Shown here one piece after another: positions 26,038 through 36,810 of a DNA stretch of 64,000 nt; positions within the stretch are counted from its first letter, which is position 1, and the number at the start of each line of letters is the position of its first letter. The notes under the pieces are model-generated. The model saw nothing but the letters and a program-made list of their open reading frames with translations, was not told the origin of the DNA and made no database searches. A program made the translations under genes and the position numbers. The DNA comes from Phaeosaccion multiseriatum (Eukaryota > Protista > Ochrophyta, other classes), in NCBI GenBank assembly GCA_965112735.1, contig OZ218954.1, positions 2,170,001 through 2,234,000 of the forward strand. The letters run 5' to 3'.

Positions 26038-26520
26038 GTGCGCTGGTGCCCTTACCGTTGGGCTCTGGGCGGCGGAAGGCCCTCTCTCCGGTCTTGAAGG
26101 CCTTTGTACAGCCCTCATGCAGTGCCAGGCTTCGCAGCTGCTATGGCTGCACGGCAATGCTTGAAGTTGGTATGGAGATGCCGCAAGAGCCCGCAGGATG
26201 CATGCGGAAGAACGCATGGCCTTTGCTTGTCCCCGATAGGCCTCCGTGGCAGGTTATCAGCAGCCGCAGGGTGATAACCTGCCACGGATGCCCATAGCGG
26301 ATAAGTTAATGCCACGCCTTCTTCCGCATCCCTCCGGCAACGGGCTCTCGCGGCATCTCCATGCCAATTTCAAGCATTGCCGTGCATCCATAGCAGCTGC
26401 GAAGCCTGGCACGCTCGCCGTTGACGACGAGGAGTGCCCGTTCGAGGGCTGTACAAAGGCCTCAAGACCGGAGAGAGGGTCTTCCGCCGCACGAAGCCCA
26501 ACGGCAGGGCACCAGCGCAC
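26038..26520. repeat. Long imperfect inverted repeat (foldback)
   Basis: Left arm 26038-26259, 12-nt loop 26260-26271, right arm 26272-26520. Example pairings: tccgtggcaggttatca/tgataacctgccacgga and ggcctttgtacagccctc/gagggctgtacaaaggcc. The right arm has ~30 extra nt. Confidence 0.92.
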
Positions 26521-26774
26521 TGCATTTTCGGTGTGCCCTATTGTTTGCAGAGTCGTGTATGTCGGACGTAACGGCTCGTGCGGACGAGTCCTTCGCCGCC
26601 TTCAGCGCCCACGACGCGATCGACGTCTCGAATTCTTCTGCCGGTGATTATGTCGGCTCTTCCTCACCCAGGAGCAACGACTCGGGTGCCAGCCACGACA
26701 GTTTCGTCGTGCATGACAGGTACGTTGATGTTATATCCGTGCTCCATTGCGTCCTCTCTCACTCGCTTTCTGTT

Positions 26775-27410
26775 TTTATACTGCTGCGAAACCTCCCGAC
26801 AGTGATGAGCCGGTTGAGTACGACGAGGAGAGCGACGAGGGAGACGACGAGGCACAGCCGGAGGAGGACGACGAGGCACAGTCGGAGGAAGACGACACTG
26901 CTGCGAAACCTCCCGACAGTGACGAGCCGTTTGAGTACGACGAGGAGAGCGACGAGGAAGACGACGAGGCACAGCCGGAGGAGGACGACGAGGCACCTCG
27001 TCGCTCTCCTCGTCGTATTCGTAAGCTTCATCGCTGTCGGGAGGTTTCGCATTTATATTGCTGCGAACCTCCCGACAGCGACGAAGCATACGAGTACGAC
27101 GAGGAGAGCGACGAGGAGAGCGGCGAGGAAGACGACGAGGCTCGCATTTATACTGCTGCGAACCTCCCGACAGTGACGAGCCGTTTGAGTACAACGAGAA
27201 AGACGACGAGGCACAGTCGGAGGACGACGACGAGGCAGAGCCGGAGGAGGACAGCTCGTCTTCCAGCTCCGACGACGACAGCAAGTCCCCGGGTGCGCCT
27301 AAGGGCAAGGGCAAGGGCAAGGGCAAAGCCACGGCGACCGCCTCCGCCTCTTCGTCTTCGTCCAGCTCTGAGGACTCGAGCTCAAGCTCCGACGAGGAGA
27401 CGGAGCGTAA
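26775..27410 (+). repeat. Degenerate acidic tandem array (AKPPDSDEPxEYDEESDEEDDEAQ-like units) with one inverted copy
   Basis: Unit tgctgcgaa(a)cctcccgacag...gagtacgacgaggagagcgacgagg starts near 26781, 26899, 27059 and 27154. An inverted copy at 26996-27051 pairs with 27062-27116. Reading frames shift between units. Confidence 0.85.
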
Positions 27411-27734
27411 CTGAGTGCGCGCGTCTCACCTCGGCTCCAGGCGAGGTTTCTCTGGCCCCCGATCAGCAGAAGCAAGCTTATGCAGCCTGCGGCCGAAAGC
27501 CAGAAGCCAGGGGCTGGGCCTGCGGTCAGAAGCCAGCAGGACAGTAGGAGCCGAGCCCCCCCCCGCCCTTTAATTTTTTTTCTTCTCCCGCCTCGGGGGG
27601 GGGGGGATATCGGGGGGGGGGGAGAATGAATTTTCAATTTCGTTTTTTCCGATTTACGTTACAACTGTAAAACTGTACTTCTTCTCGCTCCTCTCCTTCC
27701 ACCCTTCTTCTCTTTATTTTAAAGCACGCCAAAC

Positions 27735-28319
27735 ATGTCCACTGGGAAAGCGGAGGTATCCGAGAACTACTTTAAGGGATGCTCACCCACAGTGCTCTTC
27801 GTGGCAGGCTTTGCGGGCTTGTCTGCGGCGGCAGTGCTTCTTGTGTGCACTCTCTTCGTAGTTCTCGACACTGCCTTCTTTCTCTTGCTGCCTCTCGTGG
27901 GTCTGGCCGTGGGCGGAGGCATGATCCACGACCCCGTGTACAGCTACGAGAAACTGGACTGGGGTGAGGTGTCGGGATCCAGAGAAGCGGCCATTCTTCG
28001 AGTCGGGGGCGGCCTTGCCGTTCTCAGCTCCGTCGCCACCATGCTGGTGTGGAGGAGTCGATGTGGAGTCACCAAGGGCATTCATCTCGCAGCAGTGGGC
28101 GGGGTGGCAGCTTGCCTCTCTATCTTCGCATCAACGGACGCGTCGGAGCCCAACTCGAAGCTGTCCGTGATTCGTAACTCTGAAACGGCGGCGTACGCGG
28201 CGAATGTCCTACTGGCCGTGTCTTGCTGCGCGGCCCTCACGTCGGTCCTGAACTCCTTTGGGCCGGTGGTGCTGGCCAGAATCACTAACGGAAAGCCGAG
28301 TCAACCAAAGACCTTGTAG
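27735..28319 (+). CDS. Hypothetical intronless multi-pass membrane protein (194 aa, ~4-5 hydrophobic segments)
   Basis: Clean ATG-to-TAG ORF (aaacATG context) after a pyrimidine-rich leader. Several Ala/Val/Leu-rich stretches of ~20 aa. No family recognised. Confidence 0.6.
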   Translation: MSTGKAEVSENYFKGCSPTVLFVAGFAGLSAAAVLLVCTLFVVLDTAFFLLLPLVGLAVGGGMIHDPVYSYEKLDWGEVSGSREAAILRVGGGLAVLSSVATMLVWRSRCGVTKGIHLAAVGGVAACLSIFASTDASEPNSKLSVIRNSETAAYAANVLLAVSCCAALTSVLNSFGPVVLARITNGKPSQPKTL

Positions 28320-29026
28320 TAGTCACGTGGGATACCTGTATTCAGAGCGGGACCCCCGTCCCCTTCCAAAAAAGGATTTTTCTCGCCACGCGACTAGGAA
28401 CTCAGGCGGTTCTGAGCTGCTGGAGCATACACTAAGAGTAGGAGTAGAACAGAGAAGTTGGAATGGGCTGCACGTTTGCAAGAGGGTGCAGCAGGAACAT
28501 CGAAGCAGCTCGCCGCTGAAAAGCCCCCCCCCCGGTGGGGCCAGCCCAACCCAGCCCAGCCCAGCAAGGGAGCAGGGAGGCGTTGGGCCTTGTGCTTGTA
28601 CCAGCTGCATGTCGTGTGGGACAAGGAGCGCCCGGGAAACATAGCGGTCTCCTTTGCCCCGTCCGTCAGCTGGCACACCGCACACCGTCCTCCTCTTCCT
28701 ACTGGGAGACTGGGAGAGGGGTGTAGTCCAGCGGGTGGTCAAGTGTCCAAGTGCTTCCAGAGGAACACGCCGATGATATGGCACAGCCGCAGCTCTGGCA
28801 CACCATCGATACAATGGCAGCAGCAAGATCCGATTTCTTCAAATAGACACCCTATACTTGAATTCGTTTTTTTGATTCGGTTTTTTATTCTAGGAAGTTT
28901 TCCTCTTCCGTCTCCACACACCCACACACAGAGACTGAAGCATCCGTGCCCCACGAACACCGAACATCGCTGTTGGCCCCTTTTGAAGCAAGGTGTAGGT
29001 AGGTATTAAAAAAATCACTCCTCTAC

Positions 29027-30558
29027 TCAAACACGCTTGCCCTTGGGAGTGGACGCCGCTCTCTTCCGCTTCGCCGAAGGGGTGCTGCTCGATGATGACG
29101 CCGATGATGCGCCCTTCCGATGAGACGAGCCCCCGGGGGAAGCCATGGCCTTTGCGTAGCTCCTCTTCTTGCTCGTCGAGCTTGTCCCCTTGCGGGTGCT
29201 GGTGCCAGTGCTGTCGCTGTCCCCCCCTGCATCGTGCATGCTCCCAACGCTGCCTATCCTCCGAATACGATCCCGCCGGTTGCTTCGCCCTGTGGCTTCC
29301 TCCTCTCCTTCCTCGTCTTCCTCCTCCTCCTCGTCGTCGTCGTCCTCCCCCTCGTCGTCGTCATCTCCGTCCTCGTCCTCGTCTTCACCCTCCTCGTCCT
29401 CCTCGTCCTCCCCTGCCTGCTCCTCATCCTCATCTCCTCCGCCCTCCTCATCTTCCTCATCTTCGTCACCCTCCTCCTCCTCAGACCCACTCCCTCCGCC
29501 GTCATCATCCTCATCATCATCGTCGTCCTCTTCCCCCTCCTCCTCCTCCTCCGCGCCGTCCCCTTCATCCTTCTTCCTCTTCCTCCCCACTGCCCCCCGC
29601 TGACCCTTCCCAGCAGCCCCCTTTCGTCCGCCCTTCGAGGTGATCTTTTTCTTGCCTGAAGCAGAGCCACCGACGGACCCACTCGACGATCCCGCAGAAC
29701 TGTCCTTTCCTCTCCGCCCCTGTCTGCTCCGGACCGCCACAGGCCGTTCCCTCCCGCCGGTCCCTTCCTTCTCTGCCTCCTCCTCTCGCTTCATCACCTC
29801 GTCCTTCTGCTCCATTACACTCTTCGCGTGCTCACGCATCTGAGCGACAACACACACACAGACAGAGACACACACAAAGCGCGAGACAAGAAAGAAAAAG
29901 AAGAAAAGAAAGAAAAAGAAACATGAGCGGAATGAGAATTAGAGCGCGCGACAACCAACGCGTGCCCTGAACATACACACACAATACAGATTTGTGTATA
30001 CACATACATTGTATATGTATGTATACATAATATACAATGTTTATATACACATGTATACTCATGTGATGGCGATACCCGTACGCTCCTCATATGCCCACGT
30101 GCTCCTCTGTCCTCACCTCTTTGGCGTAGTCGTAGTAGTCGCTGTCCTTGCCGTTGAAGACCATGCAGTTGTTGCACATGAGCAGCATGCAGCGCGACAG
30201 CTCCTCCATCGTGCCAATCGTGCCTTCCGAAGTGGGGGGGGGGGAGGTACGCCAAAGTGGTTTAGTCGAGGGAAACAAACAAACAACCAGCAACAACGGA
30301 GAGGGAGAGGAGAAGCCAGTGGTACAGAGATCCATGGAGGCAAAGGCCTTGCCGTCAGCAGTGATCGGAGACCCTTTCCATATCCTGATACACTAGAGTG
30401 CTGGTGCGTACCGTTCTCGATGTTGTCGCGCATCCTCGACAGATCCATGGGCTCCTTGATCATCCTCTTGTAGCCGGGGGCATCCCTCAAGTTCACCTGT
30501 GCAAGCACGAGTCAAAGTGGCGCAAAGTGGCGAACGAGTTGCAGATTGGGTTGTTCAG

Positions 30559-30602
<44 letters not shown>

Positions 30603-32338
30603 GGTAATCAACGGCAGTCCGTCTCCGTTTTGAAGTCCACTGCAAAAACCTCGGGGGAGGGAAACGCAGACAGCTGCAAAGCAAGACAAGCAACCGCAAT
30701 TGCGAGGTACAATCAATGCAAACATCCAGTCCAACGGAGTCATTACTATTTACCGGTTTGCGGAAGATAACAGCGTAGCGGTGGGTGTTGGCCTTCTTCC
30801 AAAGCTGCATGGCCGCTCGTTTGAAGGGCGTATCTGGAGCCTTTTCCACGCGCTTCCTCCCCCTCTCTCGGCCCTTGCGCCCAACCTCGCTCTCCTCCCC
30901 GTCTCTCCGCCTGCGCTGCTTGCTACTTCCGTCTCTTCCCCGCCCACTACTTCCAACACCGTTGGCTCCTGCGCTCCCGCTGCTTCCCTTCTTCCTCCGT
31001 CCTCCGACACCCGTAGACTTGCCGCCACTGCCGTCTCCTTCCGAGTCGTCCTGCTGTCTTCGGTCTGCGGTCTTCGAAGTGCCTCCCCTACGCTGTCGTC
31101 CTGGCGCGGCATTGCTCTTCCCCTGCAGCCGCTGCTGCTCGTCCTCGTCATCCTCCTCTTCGTCGTCATCATCTTCGTCCTCCTCTTCGTCATCCTCGTC
31201 CCGTTCATCCTCTTCGTCTTCATCTTCCTCCTCCTCTTCTTCCTCCCCTTCCCCTAACTCCCCCCTCTCCTCCTCTTCTCCGTCCTCCTCCTCTTCCTCC
31301 TCCCTCCCTTCCCCCTCCTCCTCTTCCTCCTCCTCCTCCTCCTCCTCCTCCTCCTCCTCCTCCTCCTCCTCCTCCCCCTCCACATCCCCTACTGCGGCAT
31401 CTCTTGCCTCCTTTCCGCCCGCCGCTTTCGGTCGCTTGTCCCTCCCCTCCTCCGTCTCTGCATCTGTATCCTCAGCCCCTGCTGCCTCATGCTCCTCCCC
31501 GTCCAGCTCTTCAATATCCTCCCCCTCCCCCTCCTCCTCTTCCTCCTCTTCGTCTTCCTCCTCCTCTTCTTCCTCCTCTTCTTCCTCCTCATCATCGTCG
31601 TCATCGCTCAGTTCTGGGACCTGAGGCAACTCCAACCCTGGAGTGTTGCGATTTGCATGACACGGTCCAGACAAGCGAAAGAGTGGTTGGTGGTCAGTCA
31701 GAGCCCATAGAGAACGGAGAAGGAGGTGGAGGAAGTCGGTGAGTTCGGGCATCATTGTTTCATGGCATCTGGTTGCAAACAAGCTCAAACCCCCTCCTAA
31801 TGGGTGAGATACCATCACCCGAACGTATCACGCACGTACACACCGCTCACCTTTGACTTTGGTGAGGCTCGCCCATTGTGTAGCCACTGGATTGGCGAGC
31901 AACGTTGGTAGTTCACCATCCCTCTTGCCTGCACGGATCTCCTCCACCTCTGCAGCTAAGTGCCTGGCGAGAGATGCAAGGGGTTGGGGGCATGGCGAAC
32001 GGAAGGATCAGGTGAGTAAGGGAGGGCGCGTGAGATGGGGGGGGGGGGGAGGGGAGGAGGAGGAGTTGAGGGACCTTTTTCCACCCTTCCTTTCTAGCTT
32101 CTTCTCTGCTTATTCCGCTGCTGCGGATTCATGCTGTCTCGAGAAAAATTGCCTCAATCGACGGCCTCCTCCTCGTCTTGAAAAGAACAACATCTTCTCT
32201 GAAGGGAGGATTGAAGTGTTGCTCCGTCCACCTCTCCTCCACTCAACTTGCACCCACGTACCGTATGCACTCTTCAAAGTCCTTCTTCAGTCTCTTGAGC
32301 TCCACCAAGAGCTTTTGCTGCTGCTCCATGCTTAGCGG
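29027..32338 (-). CDS. BRD8-like bromodomain protein with long acidic tracts (5' end unresolved)
   Basis: Exons 32338-32262, 31963-31851, 31637-30754, 30496-30412, 30223-30117, 29839-29027; candidate first exon 32600-32505. Bromodomain AVIFRKP|VNLRDAPGYKRMIKEPMDLSRMRDNIENG...LMCNNCMVFN retains the Asn. EEIRAGKRD resembles the BRD8 N-terminal IxAGxxD motif. Confidence 0.85.
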
Positions 32339-32692
32339 CTGCTCACGCCGATATGTGGGGGGGGGGGGGGGGTCAACACAGTAATGTCGGAGTGCTCGAT
32401 TTTCTTTCGATATTTGATATTTCCTTTTTTCTTTTTTCCCCTCTTTTCTCTTTCTTATTACTGTAGCTCCTTCCTTGAGTATTCGCTCCCTCCTATCATG
32501 GTACCTTCTTATGAAAGCTCCCTAAGTGTAACAGCTTCATGTACATCGTGGTTATACACACAAAAAGACCTACGGCTTCACCCACCCTCATCGCCCTCAT
32601 CGACCCTCAGGGCTCTTCGGTGAGCATGTATATACAAACGCGCCTTCTCCAGAGCCCATTCGCCCCCCAATCCTCCGTCTCCAAGTCGGCTG

Positions 32693-35029
32693 TCAACCGA
32701 CTCCTCCTCCTCCTCCTCCTCCTCCTCCTCCTTCTTCTTCTTCCCCCCCCACATCCTCAGTCTCCATGTCGATTGTCTCCCCATCCACTCCTATTGCTGG
32801 CCCGAGCCCCGGCTCAACCCTCTCCTCCTCCTTCCCCTCATCTTGTTCCTTCTGTTCCTCCTTCTCCTGCGGCTGCTGCAGAGATGGAACAAGCCTCCTG
32901 CCCACCCCCAGCACGGAAGCTCCAGGAGTAGTCTCCGGCTCCAACGGCACAGCAGCACTGCCTCGGCGCCTAGTCCTGCTCCTTAACGCTGGCCCTGCTG
33001 AAGCGGCAGTGTGCCTTGCTGCAGCCCCAAGGCCACCCCCACCGACACCAAAGGCCACTCCGGATACCTCCCCCTCCCCCCCCTCTGCCGTGTTGGTGAG
33101 CGTCTTTCGGCGCACACGGGGGCCCATCCTCCCTCCAGGGGGGTACGGTTGCGCTGCTTGCGCTGCCGCAAAGGAATTCCGGCGCTGACGAGTGGGTCCA
33201 CCCCCTCCACCCCCTACTCCTTCTTCCCCACAACTCCGTCGAGTAGCGTAGCCAAGGAGGATGCCGCCCCCCCCGCCACTAGCAGTCGTACTGGCTGTGG
33301 CAGTGGCACCACCACGTGGCCAAGCTGCAACAGCAGCGGCGGCGGCGGCAGCAGCAGAGGCAGCGGTTGGGGTAGGAAGCCGATGGCACACTGCAGCAAC
33401 ATCGTCCTCGCTGCCCAGCAAGGCCGAGGAGGTGGCCGCTCCCAAGGCTGCTGCAACTGCTGCTGACACAGACGCTCCGTTGGACGGCGAGCAGGACAGG
33501 GTCGCCGGTGACGAGGATGTTGAGGAAAGGCGCCGACTGAACGATGGTGGTGGCGCCAGGGGCCGTGGGGATGCTGAGCACGAGGGCGGAGCCGCAGATG
33601 GTGGTAGGGGGGAGGGGGAGGAGGAGGAGGAGGAGGAGGAGGAGGAGGAGGAGGAGGAGGAGGAGGAGGAGGAGGAGGAGGAGGAGGGGGAGGGGGAGGA
33701 GGCCCCGCCGATGGCAGACGCATTGTTGCTGACAGGTCTTGCACGAGCTTGTCCGAGGAGTGAGAGAGACACAGCAGCAGCCGCCGAAGGAGGCACCGGT
33801 TCAGCAAGCGCGGGTCCTCCCTCATCCCTCGTCTCACCATCTGCTGTTGTTGTTGCTGTTGTATCGGCTGCTCCTGCTTCTGCTGCTGCTGCCTTCTCTG
33901 GTGGGGGCGCGGTAAGCGCTGCTGCGGCCTCCTCCTTGGCCGTGGCTCGTACCTTTGCCCCAACAATCCACCTGACTACCCTCCTCACTTGCTCTCGCTG
34001 CGTCTCCGTCTGAGGAGAGCGGACGGGCATGGTGACTCTCCTGATGTCGTGCAGACACTGACACCTCTCCATGGCTTCCTCTGCGGTCAAGTCATACATG
34101 AGGGAGAGCATGATGCTCACCACCGTGCCTGTGCGCCCGTGTCCGCCCCAGCAGTGCAGGTACAACACCTCCCCTGCTGCTACCCGTAGCACGAGCATGG
34201 CCGCCAGCTGCAGGAGTCGGCTGTCCTCGGCGACTTGGCAGTCCACAATGGGGAAATGGATGAAATCCACCTTGTCGGGGTCGGCGATCATCGTCTTGCT
34301 GCTGCTTATAACCCCGCTCATGCTATGCAGCTCCCGCAGAAGAGACCCCACGTCACTAAAGTATGGCCTCAGCGCCGCACCAGACCTCCACATGGCCTCC
34401 GATACCCCGTCCGGCCGGTACTCGTGCTGCAAACAAACAAACGTAGTCACTCCCTGCAGCAGAATGGATGCGAGCACCTTGCCGTGCTGCATGTCGTCTG
34501 TGGAGGAAGGAAAGGCCCCGACCAGCAGCTTTCCACGCAGCACCCAGTTTGACTCCAAGGTTGGGCCCAAGTAGTCCTCCTTCCTCACCTCGTCGATGCT
34601 GTCCAAAGGCGCAAAGCCCGCACCCCTTGGGACGACTGGGGTGGGGATCCCTCCTCCTCCTCCTCCTCCTCCTCCTTCTCCTCCTTCTTCTGCTCCTCCT
34701 CCTCCTGCTCTCCCTGTTCTGATTGTCTCCACCCTCCGAACCAAGTCTTCCAGCTCAAGAGCCGTTTGCACGTGCGCCTCGGAAGCCCCCAGCCACACGG
34801 AGCGACACTGCGAGGCATTCGAGGCGTGGCGTGGCGGTCTCAATGACCTCGGCTCTTCCGCGGGAGGAGGTGGAGGCATGTCTCTGTTCTCCCCACTCAC
34901 CCTCCCACTGGTACTTGCACCCCCTCCATTTCTGGACACTTGCCCGGGCTCTGCTTCTGCTGCTGCAGCACCTTCTGCTGCACGACGATCATCCCCGGCT
35001 CCTAAAGCAGCAGGAGGTCTTTTATCCAC
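32693..35029 (-). CDS. Protein-tyrosine/dual-specificity phosphatase (HCWGGHGRTG P-loop) with a low-complexity C-terminal tail
   Basis: Long open frame with SNWVLRGKLLVGAFP, GVTTFVCLQ, FIHFPIVD, LYLHCWGGHGRTG and SPQTETQREQV. True start uncertain: 35029 is GTG, so an upstream exon or an internal ATG near 34880 is possible. Confidence 0.85.
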   Translation of the reverse strand: MDKRPPAALGAGDDRRAAEGAAAAEAEPGQVSRNGGGASTSGRVSGENRDMPPPPPAEEPRSLRPPRHASNASQCRSVWLGASEAHVQTALELEDLVRRVETIRTGRAGGGGAEEGGEGGGGGGGGGIPTPVVPRGAGFAPLDSIDEVRKEDYLGPTLESNWVLRGKLLVGAFPSSTDDMQHGKVLASILLQGVTTFVCLQHEYRPDGVSEAMWRSGAALRPYFSDVGSLLRELHSMSGVISSSKTMIADPDKVDFIHFPIVDCQVAEDSRLLQLAAMLVLRVAAGEVLYLHCWGGHGRTGTVVSIMLSLMYDLTAEEAMERCQCLHDIRRVTMPVRSPQTETQREQVRRVVRWIVGAKVRATAKEEAAAALTAPPPEKAAAAEAGAADTTATTTADGETRDEGGPALAEPVPPSAAAAVSLSLLGQARARPVSNNASAIGGASSPSPSSSSSSSSSSSSSSSSSSSSSSSPSPLPPSAAPPSCSASPRPLAPPPSFSRRLSSTSSSPATLSCSPSNGASVSAAVAAALGAATSSALLGSEDDVAAVCHRLPTPTAASAAAAAAAAVAAWPRGGATATASTTASGGGGGILLGYATRRSCGEEGVGGGGGGPTRQRRNSFAAAQAAQPYPPGGRMGPRVRRKTLTNTAEGGEGEVSGVAFGVGGGGLGAAARHTAASAGPALRSRTRRRGSAAVPLEPETTPGASVLGVGRRLVPSLQQPQEKEEQKEQDEGKEEERVEPGLGPAIGVDGETIDMETEDVGGEEEEGGGGGGGGGGVG

Positions 35030-36810
35030 GCTCTCTCTTCTTTTACCTATGGATTGCGCGTCCTTATCGCAACTTTACTTTTCGTCTAAGGCGACTTTGA
35101 CTTTACGGCAATCACCCCGGGGGTGTTTTAAAACGTCTTTTCACGCGCACACACCCCCCTCATCGACCTCACTGTCGATCACTGACCGAAACACACGCAC
35201 CTAGCTACTCACTCAAGCCCGCACCCACTCATCCACTCACTCGCCCACTCACTGCAGTGATATGGACCTTATGGACCCTTTGGTTCGATTTGGTGGCACT
35301 TTTAACCTTCCACATCACGCACCGGCCGACTCACCCACCACCACCACCACTGACTCCACTCTTTCAGTCATCCCGGTTATCCCTTACTCCACTCCTCCAA
35401 CAGCAAGTCACACATAAGGGACATAGTCTGTGCTCCTGCTACAGGATGAGAAAAAAAAATCTGGAGCCTGGGGCTTTGACATTTCTTCTTGACATGCATG
35501 CGCCCCCCAGAGAGGGTCTGATACTGCGTACGTACCCTACCGCGGCCGAAAGTCGAGACTCAAGGCCGCGCCGATGGTTGGGTTTATAGGTGAAGGACCC
35601 GTAGTCCAGCAATTGTCGGAACAAGGGTCTGCTCCGCGACGCACGTGGTATCGAAGAAGCCAACACGTAGCACGAAAATTTCACTTCCGGGCAGAAAAGT
35701 AATCTGAATAGTCATAGTCACTTCAGTTCTCTGGCAGAGAGAGTCAAGAGGACGCCGCTACTTGTCAAGAAAACGGGTGGGGTGAGAGCGGGAGTAGCTA
35801 CATGTAGAGTGGCTAGAGTAGCTTAGGAGAAAGAAGGAAAAAAAAAAAAAAATTAAATTAAATAAATATATACTTGAGGTCAAAGGGGCCACATCTCGTC
35901 CAGCCGCGCTTCATTTTTGCTTCTTGGATGGTTTGTCTCTCCAGCCCGCGGCAGTCCACAAGCCTACTCAAGAAGAGTAGGTGGGGCGGCCCAACAACCA
36001 CCATGTTAGCCTCAGGGTCAAGGGCAGTGACGACCCTTCCCGGACCAGCTCAAGCCACCTAGTGGCCTACCGCGCACTCCAAGATCTTTGATATGTGCAT
36101 ACGGCCTGAAGTCGGCTCAAAATGAAAACCCCCTCTCCTTCTTCTCGTCCTCGTCAGCCAGATCGTCAGCCCTCACAGCACTTCACCACTTTTTCAGAAA
36201 AGCGGGTGCTGTGGGGGGGGGAAGGCAACTTACTTTCAACTTTATGAAGTAGGTCCCCCACCACCCCCACCCGCCCGTCCCTCCTTGTCTCCTCCCTCCT
36301 CTCCTCTGTCTCCTCACTGGATCTGACGAGCGGAACGTTCTCCAAAAGCCCGTCTCTCACAGAGAAATCCGCCCCCCCTGGGAATCGCGCACGCGCCCAC
36401 CCGAATTTGAATTATTCCAACTGATAGATCGATTTTTTGAGGCCCAGCTATGGAGAGATCCCACTTGATTTGGAGCGGAACTGACCCCAAGAAAGAGACC
36501 ACATAGCACTCCACATCACCACACAAACACTACACACAAGGACCCGAGAGAGACGGGACAATAGAGCGTACCGCGCACAACAGCAAGCGCAGCAACGCAG
36601 CAGACCGCTTGGTGAGTTTGGCAGCGAACATCTTCCCCTACGTGGCAACGGCCTTCCGATCTTTGGTGGCGGGGAGAGGTCTCGATCTTTCCGGTTTGGG
36701 TTGCGAGCTTGGATGCATGTTCCTGACCCCGTCTCTCCCTCCTCTCTTGCCCCTCCCCTGCCTGCACTAATTCCCACACTGCCTGTGCGTTCAGTGCCCG
36801 CTACGGTACA

